NCBI RefSeq assembly: GCF_017874455.1
Contig: NZ_JAGGLN010000002.1
Span: forward strand, 406,248-438,247
Origin: Methanobacterium aggregans
GTDB taxonomy: Archaea > Methanobacteriota > Methanobacteria > Methanobacteriales > Methanobacteriaceae
Reading direction: 5' to 3'
DNA: 32,000 nucleotides
In this document: piece by piece, positions 17,083-27,244 of the stretch
How positions within the stretch are numbered: the first letter of the stretch is position 1
Layout of the letters: each line of letters begins with the position of its first letter
Position numbers and translations under genes: made by a program
The notes under the pieces: generated by a model
Seen by the model: only the letters and a program-made list of their open reading frames with translations
Databases searched by the model: none
Told to the model about the DNA's origin: nothing

Positions 17083-17808
17083 TTAATTCATTTCAGGAGT
17101 TATTTTTTCTGGTTTTTCATTTAATTCCATCATGACCTTTTCAACGAGTTCCGCCATGATGGTTTCTCCAGCCTTGGGTTTCTGACCTTCAGCCACCCTA
17201 ACCTCAAATTTTTCATGGGGCACTATGAGGTCTACCCTGGAACCAAATCTTATCATGCCCAGTTTGTCTCCTATTTCAAGTTTATCGCCCACTTGAACAT
17301 ACTGAACTATTCTTCGGGCTATAAAACCTGCTATCTGGATTACTCCCACTTTCCCATAATCTGAATCTATTACTATTAAGTTTTTTTCGTTTTCCTTTTC
17401 AACGTTCTTCCATGCCATCTTAAATTTTCCAGGGCAGTACTTGGTTTTTACAACTTCACCTGAAATTGGTGCCCGCTGTACATGAACATCAAAGGGGGAC
17501 ATGAATGTACTTATACGAATTCCCCTCTCCCCTTCATCTAAAAGATGTTCCATGAGAGGATAATCACAACCAACCACTTCTACCTTATCTATGCGTCCTG
17601 TTAATATCCTTCCATCTGCAGGTGCAACAACAACACCCTCATCAGAAGGTATTTTTCTCTTTGGATCTCTGAAAAACTGCATTAAAAATGCTATGGCTGA
17701 AAACAAGATGAAAGTCACAATAACGTAGCCAAATAAGAAGGGTAAAACTGCTATTGTTAATAATATTCCCACTTTTTTATAGGTTCCTTTCACAAACATT
17801 GTAACCAC
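17083..17808 (-). CDS. psd: Archaetidylserine/phosphatidylserine decarboxylase proenzyme
   Basis: N-terminal TM helices, FMSPFDVHVQRAPISGEV, and GDKLGMIRFGSRVDLIVP containing the G-S autocleavage/pyruvoyl site. The start is GTG 17808 or ATG 17799. Confidence 0.88.
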   Translation of the reverse strand: MVTMFVKGTYKKVGILLTIAVLPFLFGYVIVTFILFSAIAFLMQFFRDPKRKIPSDEGVVVAPADGRILTGRIDKVEVVGCDYPLMEHLLDEGERGIRISTFMSPFDVHVQRAPISGEVVKTKYCPGKFKMAWKNVEKENEKNLIVIDSDYGKVGVIQIAGFIARRIVQYVQVGDKLEIGDKLGMIRFGSRVDLIVPHEKFEVRVAEGQKPKAGETIMAELVEKVMMELNEKPEKITPEMN

Positions 17809-18373
17809 TGATTAATCAAAAAATTGATTATCAAATTATTATTAAACTATTTTATTCTCTATTTTATTCTACTGAACTACTATTTTTACTCAATTATTCT
17901 GTACTACTCCTTTCTGGATCCATTCTAAAGCCTGAAATGTAGCTGAGTTTAGTTAATTGAATATAAATATAAATAGTTGCACTTGGTATGTAACAACCTA
18001 CATAAAACATGTGTCATTACAAACATTTCAATATTTCAAGGGTCCAAACAGAGAATCTGGTAAATATATTCATTTATGAAAGAAAATAATCCCATGATAA
18101 ACACCCATTGTGTGAAAAAAATTTCAGAGAATACCATTTAATATTACGATTTAGTTATTTAATAAACTTTTAAATAGTGCTCCACTTATAAATTAAAACC
18201 ATTGAAATGATTTTTGAATTAACAGATCTCTTGATATAATATATATTGTTTTATCATCATGTAAGTTCAAGTAAGGTAATATTCTAATTATATTTATATT
18301 TCATAACAGTTTATTTAATAAACCAGTACAGTAAATTAATCACAGAAACTTATATGATATGATATATGTGATG

Positions 18374-18392
18374 GAACTTGAAACTCAAGTTC
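18374..18392. promoter_or_regulatory. Perfect 8-bp palindrome GAACTTGA-aac-TCAAGTTC in the psd / mreB-operon divergent intergenic region
   Basis: Read directly at 18374-18381 and 18385-18392, about 240-250 bp upstream of the 18634 ORF. A half-site-like gttcaagt also occurs near 18262-18269. Confidence 0.3.
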
Positions 18393-18633
18393 ATTCAAAA
18401 ACTGTGGTTTTACTACATCATTCATAAATTAACATAAGCATCCTAATTCATAAATAGTATAATATTAATTAAGAAATATTTTGTTTGAATGAATACTTAA
18501 ATGAATAAATTTGTAAATTGAGTGTAGTAAAAAAATTATAGATCGTACAATTTGTAAGTGAATAATTTCTTAATTTCTAAGTAATATTCAAATAAACGTA
18601 AATCTGTACTGAAAATTATTACGCCATGAAGAA

Positions 18634-19272
18634 GTGGTATTGATGATAGAAAATAAGATTAAAACCTTGAGAAAAGCTGCAAAAGTTACTACAATGCAGG
18701 ATTCTGATGAAATATGGTGCGTAATCGCAGGTAACGAAGAAATGGTTAATAACGTTGCATATGCAGCTATAACAGACAAAGAAAGGGTTAAAATCCTCTG
18801 CAGAGAACATATAACCACTAAAGAATCATTCGTAACAAAAAAATTCGACTTCATACTGATCTATGGAGACTTGAATAAAATAAGAGAACTAAGCTGGATT
18901 TGCAAAGAAAACGGTGGAGCTTACATTAAGATAGCACCTTACTACGCTATAAATGAATCTAACCTACTTTTAACAGTAGGACCTGAAAATTCCGTTAAGA
19001 AGTTCATGGGAGACTGTGAAAAGAACCGGGTCAAACTTTCATTTTTACTCGAAGATCAAACAACTGGTTTTATAGAAACTGATGTTTACATAACCAACAT
19101 ACTACCTACTTTTATCAGAAACACAATTGATCCTCTGTTTAAAATAGCAGATGTTGCTCTTTCAACTGTTCTGATATCAACCACTGACGATTACATTAAA
19201 AAAATCAAAGAAATTGCGAAGTTGAACAAGATCTTCGTAATAGAATTCGATAAATTTTTAGAGGAGGACTGA
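18634..19272 (+). CDS. Hypothetical cytoplasmic protein translationally coupled to mreB
   Basis: A 212-aa ORF (GTG 18634 or ATG 18643) with no TM or signal peptide. The alternating hydrophobic/helical pattern suggests an alpha/beta fold. Its last codons contain the mreB SD (GAGGAGG), and its TGA stop is 1 nt from the mreB ATG. Confidence 0.6.
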   Translation: MVLMIENKIKTLRKAAKVTTMQDSDEIWCVIAGNEEMVNNVAYAAITDKERVKILCREHITTKESFVTKKFDFILIYGDLNKIRELSWICKENGGAYIKIAPYYAINESNLLLTVGPENSVKKFMGDCEKNRVKLSFLLEDQTTGFIETDVYITNILPTFIRNTIDPLFKIADVALSTVLISTTDDYIKKIKEIAKLNKIFVIEFDKFLEED

Positions 19273-19273
19273 A

Positions 19274-20350
19274 ATGTTCAATTTATTTGGAAAAAAGGAA
19301 GAAAGTGGAGAAGTAAAGAAAAAAGCATTGACAAGCACTTTGGGGATCGATTTAGGAACCCTGAACACTGTTGTTGCAAAACCATCTGGAGATAAATTCG
19401 ATTTATACAAAATACCCTCAGTGGTAGCTGTTAAAAAAGAAGAGCCAACTTACGTGCTTGCAGTTGGTGAAGAAGCTAAAGCCATGCTCGGAAGAACACC
19501 CGAAGATATCATAGCTGTAAGGCCACTGCGAAAGGGAGTTATAGAAAGCATAGCCCAGGCAGAAGCTCTTCTTGTTTACGCAATGGACAAGGGCTCTGGA
19601 GAGTCCATGGACTCAATAGACAGGATCGTTGTTGGAATTCCTGGAGATGCATCTGAAGTTGAAAAACGTGCAGTTGAGGACATAGGTAAAAAAGCAGGTG
19701 CAAACTACGTTCTTGTAATAAGTGAAGGACTTTCAGCAGCAATAGGTGCAGGCCTTCCAATTGCAGAGGCAGCAGGTACCATGGTCATAGACCTTGGAGC
19801 AGGTTCCAGTGACATCGTTGTAATTTCCCTGGGTGGAATCACAGACATTGAAACCATAAGAAACGGTGGAGATGACATAGACAACAACATAGTTGACAGG
19901 GTAAAAGATCTTTACAACGTTGAAATAGGTATTCACGAAGCTGAAAACGCTAAGATCCAGGTTGGAATGGTTCATTCCAGTGCAGATATGGAGAACACCA
20001 CAACATCAGCCATTGGAAAATGCATGGAAACCAACAAGCCTAAGAAAGTTGAAATAGACTCAAAACTTGTTGCAGACGCTGCAGAACCAATAGTTGTTAA
20101 TTTAATTCAAGCACTAGCTTTGGTACTTGAAAGAATGTCCCCTGAACTCATATCCGGTGTTTACAACAAAACCGTAGTTGTTGGTGGAACATCACAGCTC
20201 CGTGGACTAAAAGACAGGATATACGAGGAAGTTGGAGTTCCTGTGGAAATATCAGACGACCCAATGACCGTTGTTGCTAAAGGTGCTGCAATAGTAGCTG
20301 CAGAACCACGGGCACTTGAACCAGAAGTTCGTTTAAAAGCTATGAAATAA
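19274..20350 (+). CDS. mreB: Actin-like ATPase, MreB family
   Basis: LGIDLGTLNTVV (phosphate 1), AVRPLRKGVIESIAQAEALL, VVGIPGDASEVEKRAVEDIGKKAGANYVLVISEGLSAAIGAGLPI, GTMVIDLGAGSSDIVVISLGGI (phosphate 2), GGDDIDNNIV and VVGGTSQLRGL (adenosine) are collinear with bacterial MreB. There is an N-terminal MFNLFGKK... extension. Confidence 0.88.
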   Translation: MFNLFGKKEESGEVKKKALTSTLGIDLGTLNTVVAKPSGDKFDLYKIPSVVAVKKEEPTYVLAVGEEAKAMLGRTPEDIIAVRPLRKGVIESIAQAEALLVYAMDKGSGESMDSIDRIVVGIPGDASEVEKRAVEDIGKKAGANYVLVISEGLSAAIGAGLPIAEAAGTMVIDLGAGSSDIVVISLGGITDIETIRNGGDDIDNNIVDRVKDLYNVEIGIHEAENAKIQVGMVHSSADMENTTTSAIGKCMETNKPKKVEIDSKLVADAAEPIVVNLIQALALVLERMSPELISGVYNKTVVVGGTSQLRGLKDRIYEEVGVPVEISDDPMTVVAKGAAIVAAEPRALEPEVRLKAMK

Positions 20351-20397
20351 TTATTTTCAATATTTAATTGAAATAATTATTTATTTTATTTATTTTT
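20349..20397 (+). terminator. A/U-rich hairpin plus T-tracts after mreB
   Basis: aattattttcaa-tatttaa-ttgaaataatt (one bulged t) followed by atttattttatttattttt. Confidence 0.4.
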
Positions 20398-20737
20398 AAA
20401 TTTTAGTTGAATATCTTTTTTTAAATTAAAATTATATGGTACTATTGATGAAATTATCAATTTGAAGATTTGAAATTCATCACATCCCAAGTTCATTCTA
20501 TTAGAGGTTACTGAAGTTCGTGCTAAATTTATTTAAACCACTTCTTTTAAACTATTTTAAACAAAGATTTAAACCATGGGACTAAAGCTAATCCCATTAG
20601 AAACTTATTAAGTATTATTAAGTGAAGTTTGAAACTGATCTAAAAAGTGATCTAAACTAAACATCGATCTGAAGGTTGTAATTCATACTGTACATCCTAA
20701 AAGAATGTTGGGATAACTACTAAAAAAGGACAATAAA

Positions 20738-21349
20738 ATGAAGATAGTGGGAATAGATGAAGCAGGAAGGGGATCCGTACTTGGTCCTTTAGTTGTGTGT
20801 GGTGTGGCAGTAGAGGAAGATAGATTAAAGTACCTTGAAAGACTGAGACTAAAGGATTCTAAAAAATTATCTCCAAAACGGAGAACCATACTTTCAAGGA
20901 AGATAAGGAAAATAGCAGAATGTTACCCTGTTAATATAACTGCCCAGGATATAGACATCCTGCGGTCGAAGGATGTTAACCTCAATGAAATTGAAAAAAT
21001 AGCAATTAAAAAAATCATAGGAGAATCAGAACCAGATATTGCCATAATTGATTCCATGGATGTTAAACCTGAGAGACTCAAGGCAGAGGTTGAGGGTTAC
21101 AGGGAAAATCTTGAGGTTGTGGCAGAACACAGGGCCGATGATACCTATGTGATTGTTTCAGCAGCATCCATCATTGCAAAGGTTGAAAGAGACACTGCAA
21201 TATCCAATATCAGAGAAGAGTTTCCAGATGTTGGATCCGGTTATCCAAGCGACCCTACAACGATTGCATTTCTTGAAAAAATACCCTACGAGGAAATGCC
21301 AGATTTTGTCAGAAAATCCTGGTCAACCGTGTCAAAAAGGAAGAAATGA
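20738..21349 (+). CDS. rnhB: Ribonuclease HII
   Basis: MKIVGIDEAGRGSVLGPLVVCGV...LKDSKKLS...DSMD...ADDTYVIVSAASIIAKVERD are the canonical RNase HII active-site motifs. Confidence 0.93.
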   Translation: MKIVGIDEAGRGSVLGPLVVCGVAVEEDRLKYLERLRLKDSKKLSPKRRTILSRKIRKIAECYPVNITAQDIDILRSKDVNLNEIEKIAIKKIIGESEPDIAIIDSMDVKPERLKAEVEGYRENLEVVAEHRADDTYVIVSAASIIAKVERDTAISNIREEFPDVGSGYPSDPTTIAFLEKIPYEEMPDFVRKSWSTVSKRKK

Positions 21350-21358
21350 GGACCAACC

Positions 21359-22198
21359 ATGATATACGAATTCTTTACCAGCGGTTTTGGAACCATAATG
21401 GAGATGTTCAAAAGCGGAGGAGTAATAACCTACATAATAACCATAATCGGTTTGTACGGAATCATTTATTCCTTTGAGAAGATCCACTATCTGCGTAAGA
21501 TGTCCAAGGTGGATCTGCCCCAGATAATGGGGGTTGTGAATGATACCATGGAAAATGGAGGTTCACTCGAGGCACTGCGCTCAATAGGAAAGTATCAAAA
21601 CCCCTTATCCAAAATAATCTCCGAAGCCCTTAAGATCGGTTACAGGAGCAAGAGTGAAGTTGAAGATGCAATGGAACGAGTTTTCATAGTTGAAATGGGC
21701 AGAATGACCAAGGGACTTGACAGCATCCGAACCATAATTGAAATCGCACCTCTACTTGGACTTATCGGAACTGTTCTTGGTATGTGGTACACCTTCAAGG
21801 CACTGGGTGTGAATGCCAACCCCACAGCCATGGCAGAAGGTATATACATAGCACTCATAACAACCATAGCAGGTCTTGCCGTTGCCATAATCATATTACC
21901 CCTTTACTCTTACATCAACGGTAAAATAGAGGGCGAACTGGATAAAATCGAGATAGCCAAAAAGATGACCAACTGGCGAACTGCAGAAATGAAGATAAAA
22001 GTGGATTCAGGAATAGATAACGCTGTTCATGCACTTAAGGAATCCAATGGCGTGGTTGAGGTCCGAAAACTTCTTGATTCAGAAGCTAATATTTGGATAT
22101 CCATTAACCCCAACATGCTTGAAAAGAGCATAAACAACATAATAAGGGAAAAATGTAACTGTAACGTGAAAATCGTTGAAAGTAAACTTAGACAATGA
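21359..22198 (+). CDS. MotA/TolQ/ExbB-family proton-channel protein with about 75-aa C-terminal extension
   Basis: The N-terminal TM is GVITYIITIIGLYGIIY. The core IAPLLGLIGTVLGMWYTFKAL...GIYIALITTIAGLAVAIIILP is the MotA_ExbB channel signature. Residues about 203-279 (MKIKVDSGIDNAVHALKESNGVVEVRKL...CNCNVKIVE) form an extra soluble domain. Confidence 0.85.
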   Translation: MIYEFFTSGFGTIMEMFKSGGVITYIITIIGLYGIIYSFEKIHYLRKMSKVDLPQIMGVVNDTMENGGSLEALRSIGKYQNPLSKIISEALKIGYRSKSEVEDAMERVFIVEMGRMTKGLDSIRTIIEIAPLLGLIGTVLGMWYTFKALGVNANPTAMAEGIYIALITTIAGLAVAIIILPLYSYINGKIEGELDKIEIAKKMTNWRTAEMKIKVDSGIDNAVHALKESNGVVEVRKLLDSEANIWISINPNMLEKSINNIIREKCNCNVKIVESKLRQ

Positions 22199-22306
22199 TC
22201 TGGAATTTAAATAAAAAAAACAGGGAATAGATGGGATCTTAAGTCGAATAAAAGTGAAGAGATAATTGGAACGGTCTAACATCAAAATAATGAGGAGGAA
22301 CCCTAC

Positions 22307-22705
22307 ATGACCCTTGATACTCAAAGATACAGGAATAAAATGCGGCAAAAACAGGCCCGAGTTAATCTAGTTCCACTTATAGATGTTATTTTCACCATAC
22401 TCATATTTTTGATGGTTACAAGCAGTTTTCAGGCTGCTGCAGATACAAGTTCCTCTTCAGGTAAGCCCGAGGTGATCCAGACAAATGGAACCTCAGAATA
22501 TTATTTAATACCTGTTTCAGGCCTTAAGACTGTCACAGTCAACGGTGTGGATATGTCAAAGGATATAAGAAACAGTGCCATTGCTGTTCATACAGATGTC
22601 ATAGATTACGGGGAGATAATAATAAAATCCAAGGAAGGAACCATAATAATCACATCACCCTCAAATGTACCTACTGATAAAGCTGTGAGCATTCCTCAAT
22701 CATGA
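22307..22705 (+). CDS. ExbD/TolR-family protein
   Basis: SD GAGGAGG upstream. ARVNLVPLIDVIFTILIFLMVTSSF is the single TM with the conserved Asp of ExbD/TolR. It is followed by an extracytoplasmic beta-rich domain of about 85 aa. Confidence 0.82.
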   Translation: MTLDTQRYRNKMRQKQARVNLVPLIDVIFTILIFLMVTSSFQAAADTSSSSGKPEVIQTNGTSEYYLIPVSGLKTVTVNGVDMSKDIRNSAIAVHTDVIDYGEIIIKSKEGTIIITSPSNVPTDKAVSIPQS

Positions 22706-22879
22706 TATCTTGAGTTTGAATTGGGTTAATTGGAATAGTTTATTAAACCCCAGACCCAAATAAATTTTATTGATTTAATTTTGAAGAATCCCATGAAGAT
22801 TCCATCTGAAGCATTTAAATCCAATTAAAGTCATTGAAATGATAATTAAAACGTTAAAAAAGTTTAGAGGGTGATATTA

Positions 22880-23485
22880 GTGTACCTTGGAAGAATAGTT
22901 GCAGTTGGAAGTACTGAAAATGGAAAATTCGCAGCATACAGAGTTTCAAGCCGTTCATTTCCAAACAGAATGGCAAAATCCTTCAAAAACCGAGTTTCAA
23001 TAGTTCCAACAGAAGGAAATGAAAAGGATGTCTTTCAAAATCCGTATATAGCCTACAACTGTATTAGGATAGTTGGAGATGTTGCAGTGGTTACCAATGG
23101 TTCTCACACAGATGTTATAGCAGAAAAAATAGCGTCTGGAATGAACGTAAGGGATTCAATTGCCCTATCACTCATTGCAATGGACTACGAGAAGGATGAT
23201 TACAACACACCAAGGATAGCATGTGCAGTATCTCCAGATGAAGGTTCGTACATAGGTATAGTGACCCATGACGATGTAATCGTTGAAAAGGTTCCAGAGG
23301 GAAAATCAGTGTACATATCCACCTATGAACAGACCAGACCCGCATACGTTGACTTTGAAGCAGAGGATGCAGAGGATGCAGCCCAGTTCATAATGGATGG
23401 GGGTAAATTTGCAGAGTTCACAAACCCTGTGACTTCAACTGCAGCTTTCATGAAGGATGGGGAATGGAAAATAAGTTCCATATAA
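22880..23485 (+). CDS. purO: Archaeal IMP cyclohydrolase
   Basis: (V)[29 protein letters not shown]...VTNGSHTD matches the PurO family N-terminus. The track ORF starts at GTG 22871; GTG 22880 is better placed after GAGGGTGA. Confidence 0.88.
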   Translation: MYLGRIVAVGSTENGKFAAYRVSSRSFPNRMAKSFKNRVSIVPTEGNEKDVFQNPYIAYNCIRIVGDVAVVTNGSHTDVIAEKIASGMNVRDSIALSLIAMDYEKDDYNTPRIACAVSPDEGSYIGIVTHDDVIVEKVPEGKSVYISTYEQTRPAYVDFEAEDAEDAAQFIMDGGKFAEFTNPVTSTAAFMKDGEWKISSI

Positions 23486-23597
23486 AATCAGTGAGTGACT
23501 GGGGATAATTGATTTACTAAAAAAGTAGTTAGTGGATTACATATCACTGAAAAATTGTAGTTTAATTGAAATTTAAAAATCATGAGTTGGGTGCGTA

Positions 23598-24359
23598 ATG
23601 GAATTGAAACTCATAGGCATACCAGGTATACCTATTTTAAAGGAAGGAAATAATATTGCAGATATCATATTAAATGCTCTGGATGAAGAAAGCCTTGAAA
23701 TCTGTGACGGTGACGTTCTGGTTATAGCAGAAACCATCGTATCAAAATCTGAGGGAAATATAATTGATCTTAAGAGTTTAGAGCCAAGTGAACTTGCATT
23801 TGAGCTTTCAGAGAAAACTGGGAAAACTCCTGAGATTGCAGAGGCCATAATAAATGAATCCAAGGATATAATAAAGGTTGGTCCTGATTTTATAATATCA
23901 GAAACAAAACACGGTTTCATATGTGCCAATGCAGGAATAGATGAATCCAATGTTGGTGAGGGACTTGCAACTCCAATGCCTGCAGATCCAGATGGGAGTG
24001 CAGGTAATATAAGGCAGAAAATTGAGAAAATCACAGGACATGAGGTTGCAGTTATAATTTCAGATACTCAGGGAAGGGCCTTCCGTGAAGGGGCTATTGG
24101 AACGGCAATTGGTATCTCTGGAATGTTTCCACTGTGGGACAGGCGAGGAGAACAAGATCTTTACGGTAGAGAACTTGAAACCACAAGTATAGCTGTTGCA
24201 GATGAACTTGCAGCCGCAGCTTCAATACTAATGGGACAGGCCAATGAGGGAATTCCTGTGGTTATAATCCGTGGTGTTGATTACTTCAAAAAGTTGAGAA
24301 CTGATTCTGCAAGCGTAAGATCACTCCTGAGACCTAAGAAGTACGATGTTTTCAGATGA
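23598..24359 (+). CDS. cofE: Coenzyme F420-0:L-glutamate ligase
   Basis: [58 protein letters not shown], and [21 protein letters not shown] are CofE family motifs. Confidence 0.9.
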   Translation: MELKLIGIPGIPILKEGNNIADIILNALDEESLEICDGDVLVIAETIVSKSEGNIIDLKSLEPSELAFELSEKTGKTPEIAEAIINESKDIIKVGPDFIISETKHGFICANAGIDESNVGEGLATPMPADPDGSAGNIRQKIEKITGHEVAVIISDTQGRAFREGAIGTAIGISGMFPLWDRRGEQDLYGRELETTSIAVADELAAAASILMGQANEGIPVVIIRGVDYFKKLRTDSASVRSLLRPKKYDVFR

Positions 24360-24426
24360 GATTCTCAGTGCATTGAATTTAAAAAAATAATAAATCAAGA
24401 AGAAATAAAATGGATAATAGGATCCT

Positions 24427-25332
24427 ATGATAACCATACTTTCAGGTGGAACAGGCACCCCCAAGCTCATACAGGGAATTATGCAGATTGTAAACCCTGA
24501 AGAGATTACTGTGATTGTTAACACCCTTGAAAACTCTTATTTTTCAGGTGTTTACGTTGCAGCAGACCTAGACACAGTTATGTACACCCTTGCAGGTCTT
24601 ATAAATGAGGAAACATGGTATGGAATTAAAGGTGATACATTTATTACACATGAAACTTTAAAGGAGATCAAATGTCCTGAAACCCTTAAAATTGGGGATA
24701 AAGACAGGGCAACAAAGATACAGAAAACCCTCCTCATGAAAAAATATTCCCTTTCAAGGGCCGTTGACATACAAAGAACCGCTCTGGGCATTAAATCTCG
24801 TATTATTCCCATGAGCAACCAGAATTCCAATATAACCATTGTGACAGATGAGGGAGATATGGAATTTCATGAGTTCCTCATTGAAAGATCAGGAAAGCCT
24901 GAAGTTCTGGATATTCAATACAACACGGTTGAACCATCACCGGGACTTGTTGAATCCATTGAAGAAGCAGATATGGTTGTTTTAGGACCTTCAAATCCAG
25001 TTACATCCATAAAACCCATAATATCCATGGATGGTGTTGTTGATGCACTTAAAAAAGCTCATGTTACTGCAGTTTCTCCAATAATTGGAGGTGCTCCTGT
25101 AAGTGGTCCTGCAGCGAAGTTTATGAGTGCACTTGGATATGAGGTTTCATGTTCTGGTGTTGCTTCTCTTTATGGTGACTTTTTAGACAGATTTATTATT
25201 GATGTTGAAGATGGTAAGTATAAGGAAAAAATAGAAAGACTAATATCGGATGTTGTTGTAACAAACACAAACATGAGAAACATCGGAAATAAATTGATGT
25301 TAGCCAGAAGTATTTTGGGTGAAATTTTATGA
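24427..25332 (+). CDS. cofD: 2-phospho-L-lactate transferase (LPPG:FO)
   Basis: [18 protein letters not shown]..., [23 protein letters not shown], and [18 protein letters not shown] are CofD signatures. Confidence 0.92.
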   Translation: MITILSGGTGTPKLIQGIMQIVNPEEITVIVNTLENSYFSGVYVAADLDTVMYTLAGLINEETWYGIKGDTFITHETLKEIKCPETLKIGDKDRATKIQKTLLMKKYSLSRAVDIQRTALGIKSRIIPMSNQNSNITIVTDEGDMEFHEFLIERSGKPEVLDIQYNTVEPSPGLVESIEEADMVVLGPSNPVTSIKPIISMDGVVDALKKAHVTAVSPIIGGAPVSGPAAKFMSALGYEVSCSGVASLYGDFLDRFIIDVEDGKYKEKIERLISDVVVTNTNMRNIGNKLMLARSILGEIL

Positions 25333-26093
25333 TTCAGATGACTTTAATTCAAATTGATAACTACGGCCCATGGACCGTGACTCCCACACCAAGGGCAGAG
25401 GCAGATCTTCAGATACTGCAATCAGAGCTATATGCAGACCTTCAAAGACAATTTGCAGCAAAAGGAGGTCTCGTTTTCTTCACCCGGTTTGATAATATGC
25501 TAGCGGTGACAAACGGCGTTGATATGGAAGACCACCGCAGAATCCAGAAATCCATAGGAAACAGGTACCCCATAACAGTCAGTATGGGCGTTGCAACAGC
25601 AGAAACACCCTATGATGCACAGAGCAAGGCAACTGCAGCTCTTCAGAACTATGGAGGGGCTCAGTCCGAGGAGCGAAAGGAGATACTCGCAATAGACAGC
25701 CTCGTTAAGAAGGAAGAAAGCTTTGTTCAAATTGCACACATCGACATAAATGGAATTACAGATACACTTACAGATATAATGCCTGCATATGATACTAGTT
25801 TTATTGTGAATCGTGTTCAACACTTTTTAATGAAAAAATTGATTGAAAAAGGTTCTCTTTTGTTCTTCATAGGCGGAGACAACTTCATGTCCCCCTGTAA
25901 TGGATTAACACCAGAGGGACTTCTCAAGATCATAGAAGAAATTAAGGACGAAATAAACATAGCACTTAAAGCTGGTGTTGGAAAGGCTCCAAGCGCTGAA
26001 AAAGCTGCAAATCTTGCAGATCTTGGACTTGAGGAAATAAGGGGCGGTTTCACCTACAACCTAGTCCATGTTATGAAGGAAGCCCAAGGATAA
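25329..26093 (+). CDS. gch3: GTP cyclohydrolase III (archaeal, FAPy-forming)
   Basis: [38 protein letters not shown]...FFIGGDNFM matches the MJ0145-type family. The ATG overlaps the cofD stop (ATGA). Confidence 0.9.
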   Translation: MIQMTLIQIDNYGPWTVTPTPRAEADLQILQSELYADLQRQFAAKGGLVFFTRFDNMLAVTNGVDMEDHRRIQKSIGNRYPITVSMGVATAETPYDAQSKATAALQNYGGAQSEERKEILAIDSLVKKEESFVQIAHIDINGITDTLTDIMPAYDTSFIVNRVQHFLMKKLIEKGSLLFFIGGDNFMSPCNGLTPEGLLKIIEEIKDEINIALKAGVGKAPSAEKAANLADLGLEEIRGGFTYNLVHVMKEAQG

Positions 26094-26403
26094 GAATTGG
26101 ATATGTTCAGGTGAAAGGTTGAAAAATACCTTAAATTCCTTTTTTACTCTTTTATTAATTTTTGTTTATGCCAAAAGTCTAATTAAAAATTGAATAAAAT
26201 GAAAATGATGTGTAAAGAAAGATAAATAAAACTGATTAACACGATTGGTTAAAAGTTAAAAGGATATTTTCTGAATTATATTCAAAAATGTATTCACTTG
26301 ATAACTGCAGTCTTTCCTCAGGTAAGTCTTAACTAAAAAAAGGATTGTGAATCTTTTTAATTTAAATGATCCTTGAATTTATTATTTTAAGTCAGGTGGT
26401 TTT

Positions 26404-27138
26404 ATTGAAGTACTAGCACCCATGGCAGGTATAAGTAATGGTAGATTCTGCAGAAAAATGTCTTCATACGGCTTTGACATGCTTACACTTGGAGGTTACA
26501 GTGCAGATGATATCTCTGCAGAGGCCGGACGTAAAATACTCCAGAGAGGCAGACCAGAATTTGACATGGACCCATCCAACCTTCCCTCCCACATAGAGAA
26601 AGAGATAAAAATTATCAGAGAGGGAAATCCTTGGGAAGGTCTTGTATCTGTTAACCTCAGGGCAGCTTCTCCAGAACCCATGATACCCATCTCAAAGCTG
26701 GACTTTGTGGATGTTGTTGAGATCAATGCCCACTGCAGACAGCCAGAGCTGGTTGAAGCAGGCTGTGGTCAGAGCTTACTAATGGATCCAGAGGTACTTC
26801 ATGAATTCACATCCCATGTTGTGAAGAAGGGAAAAAGCAGTGTTTCTGTTAAGTTAAGGGCAAATGTTCATGGTGTTGATGATCTAGAAATTGCGGGTGC
26901 TGTTGAAGATGCAGGTGCAGATTATCTCCATCTTGATGCAATGAAACCTGGATTTAACTCTGCAGATTACGAACTGGTGCGTTCCATTAAGGATGCTACA
27001 GACATATTTCTCATAGGCAACAATTCCATCGTTGATCTGGAGTCTGCAAGGAAGATGATGGCTGCGGGTGCAGACGGAATATCCATTGCAAGGGCTGCAA
27101 TATCTGGAATTCTCAAATTCGATCTGTGGGATATATAA
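26404..27138 (+). CDS. nifR3/Dus-like FMN TIM-barrel protein (uncharacterised methanogen subfamily)
   Basis: (IEVLAP)[13 protein letters not shown]..., [11 protein letters not shown] (the INxGCP-like active-site loop of Dus/nifR3 proteins), and LHLDAM...IGNNSI...[13 protein letters not shown] at the end of the TIM barrel. The track ORF starts at ATG 26422. The frame is open from 26380, and AGGTGG (26394-26399) sits at normal SD spacing from in-frame ATT 26404. Confidence 0.7.
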   Translation: MEVLAPMAGISNGRFCRKMSSYGFDMLTLGGYSADDISAEAGRKILQRGRPEFDMDPSNLPSHIEKEIKIIREGNPWEGLVSVNLRAASPEPMIPISKLDFVDVVEINAHCRQPELVEAGCGQSLLMDPEVLHEFTSHVVKKGKSSVSVKLRANVHGVDDLEIAGAVEDAGADYLHLDAMKPGFNSADYELVRSIKDATDIFLIGNNSIVDLESARKMMAAGADGISIARAAISGILKFDLWDI

Positions 27139-27244
27139 GAAATGGGGTCAAAAATAAATAGGAACCAGTGTTAATTAAAATATATATAAATGATCCATCA
27201 AATTAAGAATATATATTCATTATAATTTATTGAAAGGTGGTTGC

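Noticed and set aside
21359-22705. ExbB/ExbD pair as a Zorya-like (ZorAB) anti-phage system
   Set aside because: There is no long coiled-coil ZorA tail, no peptidoglycan-binding ZorB domain, and no ZorC/D/E-type effector genes adjacent. The pair is embedded between housekeeping genes (rnhB, purO) in what I recall as conserved synteny.
23573-24034. 153-aa minus-strand ORF antisense to cofE
   Set aside because: It overlaps the motif-rich cofE frame completely. It has no SD and no recognisable motifs, which is typical of an antisense open frame.
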